Translations under genes and position numbers: made by a program
Assembly (NCBI RefSeq): GCF_026626745.1
Contig: NZ_JAPNJW010000002.1
Coordinates: forward strand, 1,126,151-1,190,150
DNA: 64,000 bases
From: Nannocystis sp. RBIL2
GTDB lineage: Bacteria; Myxococcota_A; Polyangia; Nannocystales; Nannocystaceae
Direction: 5' to 3'
The notes under the pieces: generated by a model
Databases searched by the model: none
What the model was told of the DNA's origin: nothing
The model's input: the letters and a program-made list of their open reading frames with translations, nothing else
In this document: positions 9,346-18,740 of the stretch, piece after piece
Position numbering within the stretch: the first letter of the stretch is position 1
Layout: every line of letters begins with the position of its first letter

Positions 9346-11391
9346 TCAGCTGATCTTCTCGCCGGGCAGGCTGCGCGGGTCGAGCTCGAGCACCGTGATC
9401 GCATCGTCCTTCGCCCCCGACGCGAGCACCATGCCCTCGCTGACGCCGAACCGCATCTTGCGGGGCTTGAGGTTGGCGAACACCACCACGTGCTTGCCGA
9501 CCAGCTGCTCGGGCGCGTACGAAGCGGCGATCCCGCTGAAGATGTTGCGCTGTCCGAGCGGCCCGAGGTCGATCGTCAGCTGCAGCAGCTTGTCGGAGCC
9601 CTTCACCCGCGCCGCGGTCAGCACCTTGCCGACGCGAAGGTCGACCGCCGAGAACGCCTCGATGCTGGCCTCGGCCGCCAACGGCTCGACCGTATAGGCC
9701 GGCACTTCCGGGGCGGCCGGAGCCGGCTCGCCGATCGTCTCCTTGCTGGCCTCGACGATCGCCTCGATCTTCTTGGGGTCGATGCGCTCGGCCAGCGTCA
9801 CGTACGCCCCGACCACCAGGCCCTCCGGCAGCGGCTCGATCGCGTTGACGAAATCGAGCGGGGCCGCAAGGCGCAGGCCCTCCTCGATCGTCGCCGCCCA
9901 CTTCGGCAGCACCGGCTTCAAGATCGCCGCGATCACCTTGCTCGCCCACATGCCCGCGGTGCAGACCGCCCGCGCTCGCTCGGGGTCCTTGCCGATCACC
10001 TTCCACGGCTCCTGCGCCGTGATGTAAGCGTCGAATTCGCCGCCGATCTCGATCGCCAGGCGCAGCGCCTTGGCCGACTCGAAGTTGGCGTACAGCCCCG
10101 GCACCTGCGCCAGCGACTCACGCGCCTTCGCCATCAGCGGCTCGGCGTCGGCGGGGATGGGGCCGAGCTTGCCCTCCAGCCGACCGACGAGGAACTTCTG
10201 ACAGCGGCTGGCAAGGTTGGCCGCCTTGTTGACCAGGTCGGTGTTCACCCGGCTGACGAAGTCGGCCAGGTCGAGGTCGATGTCGTCCTGATCCGGCCCG
10301 AGCTTGGCCGCGAAGTAGTAGCGGAGGTAGTCGGCCGGCAGGTGGTCGAGGTACGTGCGCGCGAGGATGAAGGTCCCGCGCGTCTTCGACATCTTCTCGC
10401 CGTTGACGGTCAGCCAGCCGTGTACGTTGATCCGCGTCGGCGTGGTGTAGCCGGCCGCGTGCAGCATCGCCGGCCAGAACAGCGTGTGGAAGTAGACGAT
10501 GTCCTTGCCGATGACGTGGACGATCTCGGTGTCCTGGCTCTGATCGGCGCGCCAGTACGACGCGAACGAGGCGCGATCGGGGTGCTCGTCGCACCACTTC
10601 TGGGTCGCGCCGATGTAGCCGACCGGGGCGTCGAACCACACGTAGAAGAACTTCTTGCCCTCGTAGCCGGGGATCGAGAAGCCGAAGTAAGGCGCGTCGC
10701 GGGAGATGTCCCAGTCGCGCAGGCCGTCGTCGACCCACCGCATCACGTAGTTGCGAACCGCCGACTGCAGCTTGGTCGAGTTCAGCCACTCGCGCAGGAA
10801 GCCCTCGAAGCGGCCGAGCGACACGAACACGTGCTCCGACTCGCGCAGCTCCGGCGTGGTCCCGCAGATCGCACAGTGCGGATCCTTGAGCTCGGTCGGG
10901 TTGTACGTGTGACCGCACTTCTCGCAGACGTCGCCGTACTGGTCGACCGAGCTGCAGTACGGGCACGTCCCCTTGACGAACCGGTCCGGCAGGAACATCT
11001 GGTCTTTGGGACAGTAGAGCTGCGGGACATCGCGCGTCTGGGTCGTCCCGGCCGCCCGCATCTTCTCGTAGATGAACTCGGCGTGCTTGCGGGTCTCGTC
11101 CGAGTGCGTGGTGTAGAAGATGTCGGACTCGATGCCGAAGTCGCGGTAGACCTGCGCGTGCTCGGCGTGCATGCGCGCGACCAGGTCGGCCGGTTCGACG
11201 CCCTCACGCCGGGCGCGCAGCTCGATCGGCGTGCCGTGGGTGTCGACCGCCCACATGAAGATCACGTCCTCGCCGGCCAACCGGCGCGCCCGCACGTGGA
11301 CGTCGGTCTGGATGTACTCGAGCAGGTGCCCGAGGTGGGGCGAACCGTTGGCGTACGGGAGGGCGGCGGTGACGAGGACGCGGCGCGGCAT
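9346..11391 (-). CDS. metG: methionyl-tRNA synthetase
   Basis: HIGH-type motif (PYANGSPHLGH), KMSKS motif, zinc knuckle (CPYC…CEKCG) and a C-terminal EMAP/tRNA-binding domain (GKVLTAARVKGSDKLLQLTIDLG). Confidence 0.95.
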   Translation of the reverse strand: MPRRVLVTAALPYANGSPHLGHLLEYIQTDVHVRARRLAGEDVIFMWAVDTHGTPIELRARREGVEPADLVARMHAEHAQVYRDFGIESDIFYTTHSDETRKHAEFIYEKMRAAGTTQTRDVPQLYCPKDQMFLPDRFVKGTCPYCSSVDQYGDVCEKCGHTYNPTELKDPHCAICGTTPELRESEHVFVSLGRFEGFLREWLNSTKLQSAVRNYVMRWVDDGLRDWDISRDAPYFGFSIPGYEGKKFFYVWFDAPVGYIGATQKWCDEHPDRASFASYWRADQSQDTEIVHVIGKDIVYFHTLFWPAMLHAAGYTTPTRINVHGWLTVNGEKMSKTRGTFILARTYLDHLPADYLRYYFAAKLGPDQDDIDLDLADFVSRVNTDLVNKAANLASRCQKFLVGRLEGKLGPIPADAEPLMAKARESLAQVPGLYANFESAKALRLAIEIGGEFDAYITAQEPWKVIGKDPERARAVCTAGMWASKVIAAILKPVLPKWAATIEEGLRLAAPLDFVNAIEPLPEGLVVGAYVTLAERIDPKKIEAIVEASKETIGEPAPAAPEVPAYTVEPLAAEASIEAFSAVDLRVGKVLTAARVKGSDKLLQLTIDLGPLGQRNIFSGIAASYAPEQLVGKHVVVFANLKPRKMRFGVSEGMVLASGAKDDAITVLELDPRSLPGEKIS

Positions 11392-11459
11392 CGCGGGCGC
11401 CTATAGCACGCTTCGCCCGCTGCCGGCGAGGAAGGCCGCCGGAGCGGCCCGAAACGGCC

Positions 11460-11975
11460 TCAGGCGTCGACCGGCTCCGGCCCCCGCGCCTCGCGGGCGG
11501 CGGTGATCTGCGCCTCCAGGCCCTCGAGCTGCTCGAGCAGCCCCTTCGCGGTGGTGCAGCGGCGCTCCATCTGCGCCACGAGGTCGCCGACCTGGTTCGA
11601 CAGCACCTGGATCAGCTCCGGAAACAGATCGACGGCGGCGTGCCTGAGCACGCGCGGCGCCTGCAGCAGCGGCATCACGTTGCCCGGCGTCTCCGAGGCC
11701 AGCGCGATCTTCGACTCGAGGATCTTCACCGTCTTGATGACGAGGTGGTACTCGCCCTGGACGCGCAGGTAGCCGAGGAAGCACAGCTCGATGACTCGCT
11801 TGCCGTCGCGACCGGTCGACATCGACTCCTGCAGCGGCCGCGGGTGGACGTAGTCCATGCCGATCATCAGGCGGCCCAGGGCCTTGTCGATCGCAGAGAT
11901 CAGCGCGTTGAGCTGATCGGACCCCTCGTTGAGCCGCTGCGCGGCTTGCCCGAGCTGGTTTAGCCTCTCGTTCAT
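11460..11975 (-). CDS. hypothetical protein
   Basis: ORF with internal ATG (MNERLNQLGQAAQRL…). Co-directional with and immediately upstream of metG. No recognised motifs. Confidence 0.45.
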   Translation of the reverse strand: MNERLNQLGQAAQRLNEGSDQLNALISAIDKALGRLMIGMDYVHPRPLQESMSTGRDGKRVIELCFLGYLRVQGEYHLVIKTVKILESKIALASETPGNVMPLLQAPRVLRHAAVDLFPELIQVLSNQVGDLVAQMERRCTTAKGLLEQLEGLEAQITAAREARGPEPVDA

Positions 11976-12254
11976 CACGGATCCTCGTGTCTGCCCGTCA
12001 GGGCGAAGTTGCCGGCTCCCGCCGGAGTGGCTCTCGCCACCACCGCGACGGTACCGCTGCGGCGGTCGCGGCGACAAGCCAGCGGCCGTGGCGACAAAAG
12101 GCGCGGGCCTGCGCCCGGTCCGGTTCCGCGCCGACGAGCCTGCGCCGCGGCCGCGGGAAGGCATGTGCGAGTGGTTCGCACGCGCTGGCAACCGGGCGAG
12201 CGCCGGGCGAGCTGCGGCGCCCTGCGCACCGACGGCCGCGCGAGCGGCACGCGA

Positions 12255-14774
12255 TCAGAAGTCGATGTTGTCCTCGACGCGCAGGTCGACCGTGTTCTGC
12301 CAGCGCGGCAGCGAACCGCCGTACATCAGGGCGTACGCGGCCTGCACCTCGAGCACGCGGCGGGTGTAGTTGGCCGTCTCGCGGAACGGGATCTCGGCGA
12401 TGAAGACGTCGAGCTCGAGCGGGGCCGAGGTCGAGCCCTTGGCGGCCAGCCAGCGGGCGACGTTGAACGGGCCGCCGTTGTAGCTCGCGTAGGCCAGCGC
12501 GGCCTGGCCGTGGAACTTGTGCAGCAGCTCGGCGAAGTAATAGGCCGACAGGCGCACGTTGTGCTCCTCGTCGAACAGCGCGTCGACGTCGAACGACTCG
12601 CCGAGGCGCGCCGCCAGCTGCTGCCCGGTCCACGGCATGATCTGGATCGCCCCGCGCGCGCCCGACGACGACACCACGTGCCGGCGGAACCGCGACTCGG
12701 TGTACATCAGGGCCCACAGGTGCGTCGGGTCGAAGGCGCGGGCAGTGGCCTCGCGCTCGACCGCCTCGCGGAACGCCCGCGGGTGCCAGCGCGCCTTGTA
12801 CGAGCCGGCCGTGGCCGGCATCAGGCGGCTGCGGCGATACGGCTCGTCGAGCGCCCACGTCAGCGCGAACAGCCCCTCGCGCAGCGTCTCGCCGGCCCCG
12901 CGCTCGCGCACCAGCTTGCGCGCGTCCTTCGGCAGGCCGAGGCGCGGCTGCTTCCACGTCGACTTCCAGCTCAGCCCCACCACCAGGTCTTCGTGGCGCG
13001 GGACCCAGCCGCCGCGATCGAGCCCGTAGAGGCCCTCGTAGGCGTCGACTGCGACCCGCAGCTCGCGGCGCGCCTCGTCGAGCAGACCGGCGGCGTGGAG
13101 CGCCGCGCCGCGGGCCAGCGCCGGGAAGGCCCAGCCGAACTCGCCGGCCAGCGCCTCGAAGGTCGCGCGCGTGGCCGCGAAGTCGGGCGGCGCGTTCGAC
13201 TCCGCGGGCACCGGGGCGAGCGCCGGCAGCGGTCCCGGATCGGCGCCGATGTCGAGCAGCCGCTGGCGCGCCTGCAGGCCGTAGTAGCCGAGCGGATCCT
13301 CGGCCACGAGCTGTCGCAGCAGCCGCTCGGCCTCGCCGCGATCGGGGGTCTGCTCTTCGCCTGCGTCGCCTGTCGCCTTCGCGCCGGTGCCGGCGGCCAG
13401 CAGCGCGCGGGCGCGGAAGTAGCGGGCAGCGCGGGCCTGGTCGGCCGGCAGGCGGCGCTCCGCGCTGGCGAACGCGGTCGCAGCGGCGTCGAAGTCGCCG
13501 AGGCGGAAGTCGAGCCAGGCGTCGAGCCACAGCCCCTCCCCGCGCTGGCGCTCCTTCGCCTGCGTGCGCCCGAGCAGTTCGCGCGCCTTCTCGTAGCGGC
13601 CGCCGCGGACCGCCTGGCGGATCGCCTCCCACAGCGCCGCGCGCCCGGCCCCGCCCTTGCGGCCGGCCTGCTCGGTCCAGATCGCCAGCGCCTCGTCGTA
13701 GCGCCCGGCCTTGTCGAGGCAGCGCAGCAGGTCGCCGCGGAGGTCGGCCGAGGCTGACTTTTTGGACAGGACCGAAAGGTCATCCGCGCACGCGCCGTAG
13801 TCATGGGCGCGCGAGGCGGTCGACGCCCGCGAGCGCAACGCGACCTCTCGGACATGTCCCGGAGTTTTGGAATCTTCGACCAGGTCGGTCAGCACCCGGC
13901 GCGACAGCGTCATGTCGCGCGAGCGGCGGGCCGCGGCCGCGCGGTCGAGCTGCTCGGCCGCGCTGTAGCGGACCGGGCGCCCGAGCTCCGCCAGCGCCGC
14001 CTCGGCGCCGACGGCCGCCTCCGTGCCGGCGCGCCAGATGGCCACGGTGCGCAGCGCCTTGACCGCGTCGGCGGTCTTGCCCTCGCGCGCGATCGCCTGC
14101 GCCCGCAGCAGCTCGAGGCCGGCGGCGTCGGGGTGCTCGGGGTAGTCGCGCAGCACCTCGGTCAGCGCCTTGACTGCGCGGCGCGCCGCCGCCTGGCCCT
14201 CGATCGCCGCCATCGTCCGCGCCCGCGCCACTCGCATCGGCGCCGCGTTGCGCACCGGCTCGTGGTCGATCGCCCGCTCCCACGCCGCCACCGCCTGCTT
14301 GCGCAGCGCGTCGGCCTCGGCGCCCGGGGCCGACGCCGCCGCCTCGACCAGCGCCTGGGCGTACTCGTGAAGCACCACCTCGTGCGGCCACGACTTGGCC
14401 GGCCGCCGCTCCGCCGCCAGCTCGGCCAACGCCTGGACCGCTTCGGCCGGGCGACCCAGCTCGCGAGCGGCGCGGGCCTTCGTCAGGCGCTGCACCGAGG
14501 CTTGCAGCGACCCGGCTGCCGCGGGCTCGTGAGCCAGGCGCGCGAGCGCGGCCTCGGGTTCGCCGCGCGCCAGCAAGGCCGCCGCGGAGACCTCCGCAGG
14601 CGCCTGGGGCGGCAGGGCGGCTGCCGGTGGGGTCGGCGTCCCTGCGGTCGGGGGTCGGGCGCTGAGGGGGATCTGATTGACGCCCCGATGCACGCGCTCG
14701 GCTTCGGGGGTGAGCGCCGCGGGGCGACAGGCGAGCAGCGCCGTGGTCGCCATGCACAGCGTCAGGGCAGACAT
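12255..14774 (-). CDS. soluble lytic murein transglycosylase (Slt70-like; TPR/superhelical domain + SLT domain)
   Basis: N-terminal lipoprotein-like signal (MSALTLCMATTALLAC), a long Ala-rich superhelical region, and a C-terminal SLT catalytic region (…ESRFRRHVVSSSGARGAIQIMPWTG…ASYNGGPFNV). Confidence 0.85.
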   Translation of the reverse strand: MSALTLCMATTALLACRPAALTPEAERVHRGVNQIPLSARPPTAGTPTPPAAALPPQAPAEVSAAALLARGEPEAALARLAHEPAAAGSLQASVQRLTKARAARELGRPAEAVQALAELAAERRPAKSWPHEVVLHEYAQALVEAAASAPGAEADALRKQAVAAWERAIDHEPVRNAAPMRVARARTMAAIEGQAAARRAVKALTEVLRDYPEHPDAAGLELLRAQAIAREGKTADAVKALRTVAIWRAGTEAAVGAEAALAELGRPVRYSAAEQLDRAAAARRSRDMTLSRRVLTDLVEDSKTPGHVREVALRSRASTASRAHDYGACADDLSVLSKKSASADLRGDLLRCLDKAGRYDEALAIWTEQAGRKGGAGRAALWEAIRQAVRGGRYEKARELLGRTQAKERQRGEGLWLDAWLDFRLGDFDAAATAFASAERRLPADQARAARYFRARALLAAGTGAKATGDAGEEQTPDRGEAERLLRQLVAEDPLGYYGLQARQRLLDIGADPGPLPALAPVPAESNAPPDFAATRATFEALAGEFGWAFPALARGAALHAAGLLDEARRELRVAVDAYEGLYGLDRGGWVPRHEDLVVGLSWKSTWKQPRLGLPKDARKLVRERGAGETLREGLFALTWALDEPYRRSRLMPATAGSYKARWHPRAFREAVEREATARAFDPTHLWALMYTESRFRRHVVSSSGARGAIQIMPWTGQQLAARLGESFDVDALFDEEHNVRLSAYYFAELLHKFHGQAALAYASYNGGPFNVARWLAAKGSTSAPLELDVFIAEIPFRETANYTRRVLEVQAAYALMYGGSLPRWQNTVDLRVEDNIDF

Positions 14775-15099
14775 CCGCTTCGGGTGGCTCGCCGGCGCCA
14801 TGGTCCCCTCAAACTAGCACAGCCCCCGGGACGCGCCGAGAAACCGGTCCCCCGCCCCGGCCGCGAGGCGCCTGTCCCCAGAGACCGGTCCGGCCCAGGA
14901 GAGGCGCGAGGACGAAGCGTACAGCCGCAGTCGCGGCGGCCTTTCGCGCCGGAGCGCCGCGATCGATCGCCCGGAGGACCGAGGATGACGAGGGCGTCAC
15001 CCGCGACCTCCTGCTCGCGCCGCAGTACCCGCGGCCGATCGACCCGGCGAGAGGGAGCCGATCCCAGGATCGCGGCCCCCTTCCGCGCCGCCGCGATCA

Positions 15100-15430
15100 C
15101 GGCCGAGCGCCCGTGCGACACGAGGTCCCCGCGGTCGCGGCGGTCTCTCCGTTCGCGCCGCCGGACACGCCCTTGCGAGGCGAGGTCGATCCCGCCGTCG
15201 CGGCGGCCTCCCCGTTCGCGCCTTTACACGCGGCCGAGCGGTCCTGTGAAACGAGGACGCCCCCTGCACTCACGACGGTCTCCCTCCGCGCCGCGAGAAC
15301 GCGGCCGAGCGCTCCCGCGAGACGCTCGCGGCGGCCTCCCCGTTCGCGCCCGTACACGCAGTCGAGCGCTCCTGCGACACGAGGCCGATCTTCTCGGGAT
15401 CGCGGCGGCCTCCCCGTTCGCCCCGCCGTG
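15100..15430. repeat. degenerate ~60-bp direct repeat family (4-5 copies) in non-coding gap
   Basis: The core GTCGCGGCGGCCTCCCCGTTCGCGCC recurs at 15134, 15198, 15326 and 15399, each followed by a …CGAGCGNTCCTGNGANACGAGG module. Confidence 0.7.
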
Positions 15431-15783
15431 AATCGCTCGCGCGACGGCCGGCGCGCGAAGGATGGAACGCGAGCGTCGGCGCGATCGCGGCCCGCCTCGG
15501 GCCGATCACCAGCGCGCCGCTGTGGCCGCGGACCTGGGGCCATGCGGCACGCGGCGCGCGGGCAAGTGACAGTGGAAGCGCGCGACATGACCCTACAGAC
15601 ATGTCCGAAGGGCTCCCACGAAATCGCATCAGGTCGGCCCGCCCGCGATTCACCGTAGTGGACGTGGTTGCGGTCGAATTCGCAGAAGTGATCGGGGCTC
15701 GGGCGAAAATGTGGGCCGTCCGCGTGCGGACCCGAAAATGCACCGAGCGATAATGTTGCGACTGCTGTGCTCGCTTTTTCGGT

Positions 15784-15812
15784 TTGACAAGCACCGTCGG
15801 CACGGACAAGAA
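15784..15812 (+). promoter_or_regulatory. candidate sigma70-like promoter (TTGACA-N17/18-AAGAAT)
   Basis: TTGACA at 15784-15789 with an A/T-rich -10-like hexamer 17-18 bp downstream. This lies in an otherwise GC-rich gap. Confidence 0.3.
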
Positions 15813-15821
15813 TGGAAGCGT

Positions 15822-16018
15822 CGGTCGGTCCTCCTCTCTGCACCCCGGTGCACGGCTGCCGGCCGCGATTCAAGCCCGAGCATCTCGGTCTTGATAAGCC
15901 GGCAGTCTTCGGTCCTTCGCGGCTGAAGCGTGTACCGTGGTGAGAGGAGGCCCGATCGAATTCGAGGTGTGTTGTTGAGGCGTGAGCGGGCACGGATGAG
16001 GACCGTGCCCGCTTTTTT
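15822..16018 (+). ncRNA. candidate small RNA (~190-200 nt) with terminal closing helix and intrinsic terminator
   Basis: No coding ORF. The 5' GGTCCTCCTCTC (15836-47) is complementary to the 3' GAGAGGAGGCC (15939-49). The transcript ends in a GC hairpin GCGGGCACGG-atgaggacc-GTGCCCGC followed by TTTTTTT (15982-16025). Confidence 0.35.
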
Positions 16019-16025
16019 TCATGCT
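15982..16025 (+). terminator. Rho-independent terminator (stem-loop + T7)
   Basis: gagcgggcacggatgaggaccgtgcccgcttttttt: an 8-9 bp GC stem followed by 7 T residues, which is rare in this GC-rich DNA. Confidence 0.7.
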
Positions 16026-16141
16026 CGCGGTGGTTGTGCCTACATCGTGACCCGCGGTCCTGACCGGCTGTCACGTGGAGACTGCAGCCTGCCCCGATCG
16101 CGGCGACCTGCACGGGCCCAGGCCGCCGCGGGCGGGCCCGC

Positions 16142-18313
16142 TCACGGGGCCTTGAGCGTCACCGTGTAGTCGCCCGCGCCGCTGGCCGACACGACCTGCC
16201 AGGTGTAGTAGCCCGCGGTGCCCTGATAGTTGATGGACTCGTTGTTGGTCGGGCCCTCCGACTTGGCGACCTTGGCCCAGGCGGAGCCGTTCCACTTGTA
16301 GAGGTAGAGATCGAAGTCGGCCCCGGCCGGACCCGCGAGACAGCCGGTGTGCGCCCCGCTCTTGCTCGTGGAGTAGTACGAGCCGCTCGGCTGGAACTGC
16401 TCCTTGCCGCTGCCGCTCAGGTTGCCCTTGAAGGGCGTGCCCGAACAGGTCTGCCCGCCGCCGTCGCCGCCCCCGCCGTCGCCATTGGGGCCACCCGGCA
16501 CGCCCACCGCCGTCCACGCGGCATGGACCGCCGCGACCGCCTCGGCGTCGTAAAGCTCGGAGGCCGCCTGAGCCGTCGCGTCGCGAGCGTCCTGGAACGT
16601 CGCGTTGGAGTTGAGGTAGTTCGTCAGCGCGCGGTAGAAGATCTGCGCCGCCTTGTCGATGCCGAGCGCCGGCACCACCGTCGTCGTCTTGTTGCGCGGG
16701 TGCTTGCCCCCCTGCGACAGCAGGTAGAACGCCAGGTTGGCGATGCCCGAATTGATGTGGACGCCGCCGTTGTCCTGCTGACCGGTGTAGCGCTCCGGGT
16801 AGTAATCGTACGACTGCCCGTCCTGGGTCGGATTGGCCATGTAGCGCATCGCGTCATTGGCCACACCCGGGGTCCAGCAGGTCTCGGCGAGCAGCCAGGT
16901 CTTGGCCGACACGCCGTTCTTGAAGGCGTCGGCGGCCGCCGCCATGATGTCCGACATCGCCTCGTTGAGCGCGCCCGACTGGTTCTGGTAGACGAGGCTG
17001 GCCTCGTACTGCGTGACCGCGTGGGTCAGCTCGTGGGCCACCACGTCGAGGTCCTGCGCGAACGGGCTGGCGTAGTAGCCGTCGCCGTCGCCGTAGACCA
17101 TCTGCTGGCCGTTCCAGAACGCGTTGACGTAGTTCTTCGAGTAATGCACGGTCGAGTGGATGGTCGCGCCGGCGGCGTCGAAGCTGTCGCGGCCGAACTT
17201 GCTCACGTAGAAGTCGTAGACGACGCCCGAGAGGTCGTTGGCGGCCTGGACCACCTTGTCGTCGCTCGCGCCGCCCTCGCTGACGACCAGCTTGCCCGGC
17301 AGCTTGGTGCCGTTGTTGGCGTCGTAGACCTTGCGGTTCTTGGCGTGGTGGATCTGCGGGTGGCGGGCCACCATCTCGCCGCTCACGGCGTCCGCGAACA
17401 CGATGTCGCGCTGCGGCCCCTCCTCGTCCTCGTACTCGACCACCGCCTGCCAGGCCAGCCGCGGGCCGGCCTCGGTCACCACGTAGACGAGCTCGGGCAC
17501 GTCGACGCTGGCCCACTCGGCGGCGAGGCGGTCGGCCACGGCCTCGATCGCCTCGTCGGGATCGAGCGTCGGCGCCAGCGGCAGCGCCTCGGCCGGGACG
17601 ACGCGGCCGGTGACCGCCTGGACCTGCCCGCTGGCCGCGTCGGCGTGGACCGTCAGCTCGCCGCCGACCACCGGCAGGTCGTGGAGGTACTGCCGGAAGC
17701 GCACGTGGACCTTGCCGAGCGAGTCGGTGTGGTGGCGGACCGCCTCGAGGTCGGTCTCGTCGCCGAGGCGGAACACCGGCGCCATGTCGGCCAGCCAGCC
17801 GCGGGCGCTCTCCCGCACGTTGCCGCCGCCGGTCAGCGTCCCGAGGTCGCCGGCGATGAAGCGCGGCACGCCGGCCTCGTCGGCCTGCACCCGGTCGACC
17901 CGCGGCAGGCGACCGAGCGCCTGGCTCTGCGACCACACGAACGTCGCCGTCCCGCCCGCCGAGGTCGCGGCCTGGACCATCTCGCCGTCGAGCTCGAACG
18001 CGAAGTCGGCGGCCGCTCCGGCGGTCTGCACGCCCCAGCGCGCGCCGTGGCGGAGCAGCAGGTCCTGCACGAGCGCGGGCCGCTCGTCGCCGCTGCGCAC
18101 GGATACGCGGGTGAAATCGATCGGCCCGTCGGTCAACGCGAAGCGCACTGCCCCTTCGGACAGGTCGATCTCGAGGACCTCGCCTGGGCCGAGCGCCGCC
18201 ACGTCGTCGGCGGTGACGGTGCGAGACTCGGTTTCGACGGCGATTCCCCCCTCTTGGCAGGCGGACAGCAGACAGGCGGAGACGGCAGAGACGATGATGC
18301 GACGAGCGGACAT
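16142..18313 (-). CDS. M4 (thermolysin-family) zinc metalloprotease lipoprotein with C-terminal PPC domain
   Basis: Lipobox MSARRIIVSAVSACLLSAC. HEXXH motif (VVAHELTHAV) and third zinc ligand (NEAMSD). The C-terminal domain is pre-peptidase-like (…DFDLYLYKWNGSAW…YTWQVVSASGAGDYTVTL). Confidence 0.85.
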   Translation of the reverse strand: MSARRIIVSAVSACLLSACQEGGIAVETESRTVTADDVAALGPGEVLEIDLSEGAVRFALTDGPIDFTRVSVRSGDERPALVQDLLLRHGARWGVQTAGAAADFAFELDGEMVQAATSAGGTATFVWSQSQALGRLPRVDRVQADEAGVPRFIAGDLGTLTGGGNVRESARGWLADMAPVFRLGDETDLEAVRHHTDSLGKVHVRFRQYLHDLPVVGGELTVHADAASGQVQAVTGRVVPAEALPLAPTLDPDEAIEAVADRLAAEWASVDVPELVYVVTEAGPRLAWQAVVEYEDEEGPQRDIVFADAVSGEMVARHPQIHHAKNRKVYDANNGTKLPGKLVVSEGGASDDKVVQAANDLSGVVYDFYVSKFGRDSFDAAGATIHSTVHYSKNYVNAFWNGQQMVYGDGDGYYASPFAQDLDVVAHELTHAVTQYEASLVYQNQSGALNEAMSDIMAAAADAFKNGVSAKTWLLAETCWTPGVANDAMRYMANPTQDGQSYDYYPERYTGQQDNGGVHINSGIANLAFYLLSQGGKHPRNKTTTVVPALGIDKAAQIFYRALTNYLNSNATFQDARDATAQAASELYDAEAVAAVHAAWTAVGVPGGPNGDGGGGDGGGQTCSGTPFKGNLSGSGKEQFQPSGSYYSTSKSGAHTGCLAGPAGADFDLYLYKWNGSAWAKVAKSEGPTNNESINYQGTAGYYTWQVVSASGAGDYTVTLKAP

Positions 18314-18726
18314 GAGACCCCCTTGAGCCATCGGACAGGGTCTAAAGACCCTGGCCGAACGGCCATGGTGAAAAGGACATTGCCGGAGAGGCAGCCTCAG
18401 GTCAGCTCACCTGAGACCGCACCACCATAATCGTCGCCTGCTGCGCAGCGCAACCATTCACGCACCCCCGGATCACGCCTTTGTTCGGTGAGACCGCGAG
18501 CACAAAGAGGCCGCACGGACGCACTTCACGCGGAGGGGGACGAAAGCCAAAATACAAATTTTTCGCGGTCTGGACAGGTTTTGGAGCTAACTACGACGAT
18601 CACACGATCGGCGTTCGCGGCGCCGACAAGAAAATTGTAGATCAAATTACGTATTCTTCCTCTATTGATTAGAGCGCACCTCACCGCAATGCATGATCAA
18701 CAAACCATGCTCACAGGTCTGAGGTC

Positions 18727-18740
18727 AGAGGAGATCTCCT
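18727..18740. terminator. perfect 14-bp palindrome GAGGAGATCTCCTC abutting the permease stop
   Basis: Perfect palindrome directly 3' of the permease gene on the minus strand, next to an AT-rich stretch at 18540-18700. Confidence 0.4.

Noticed and set aside
15100-15430. Possible CRISPR array
   Set aside because: The repeats are imperfect, the spacing is irregular (64, 128, 73 bp) and there are no cas genes.
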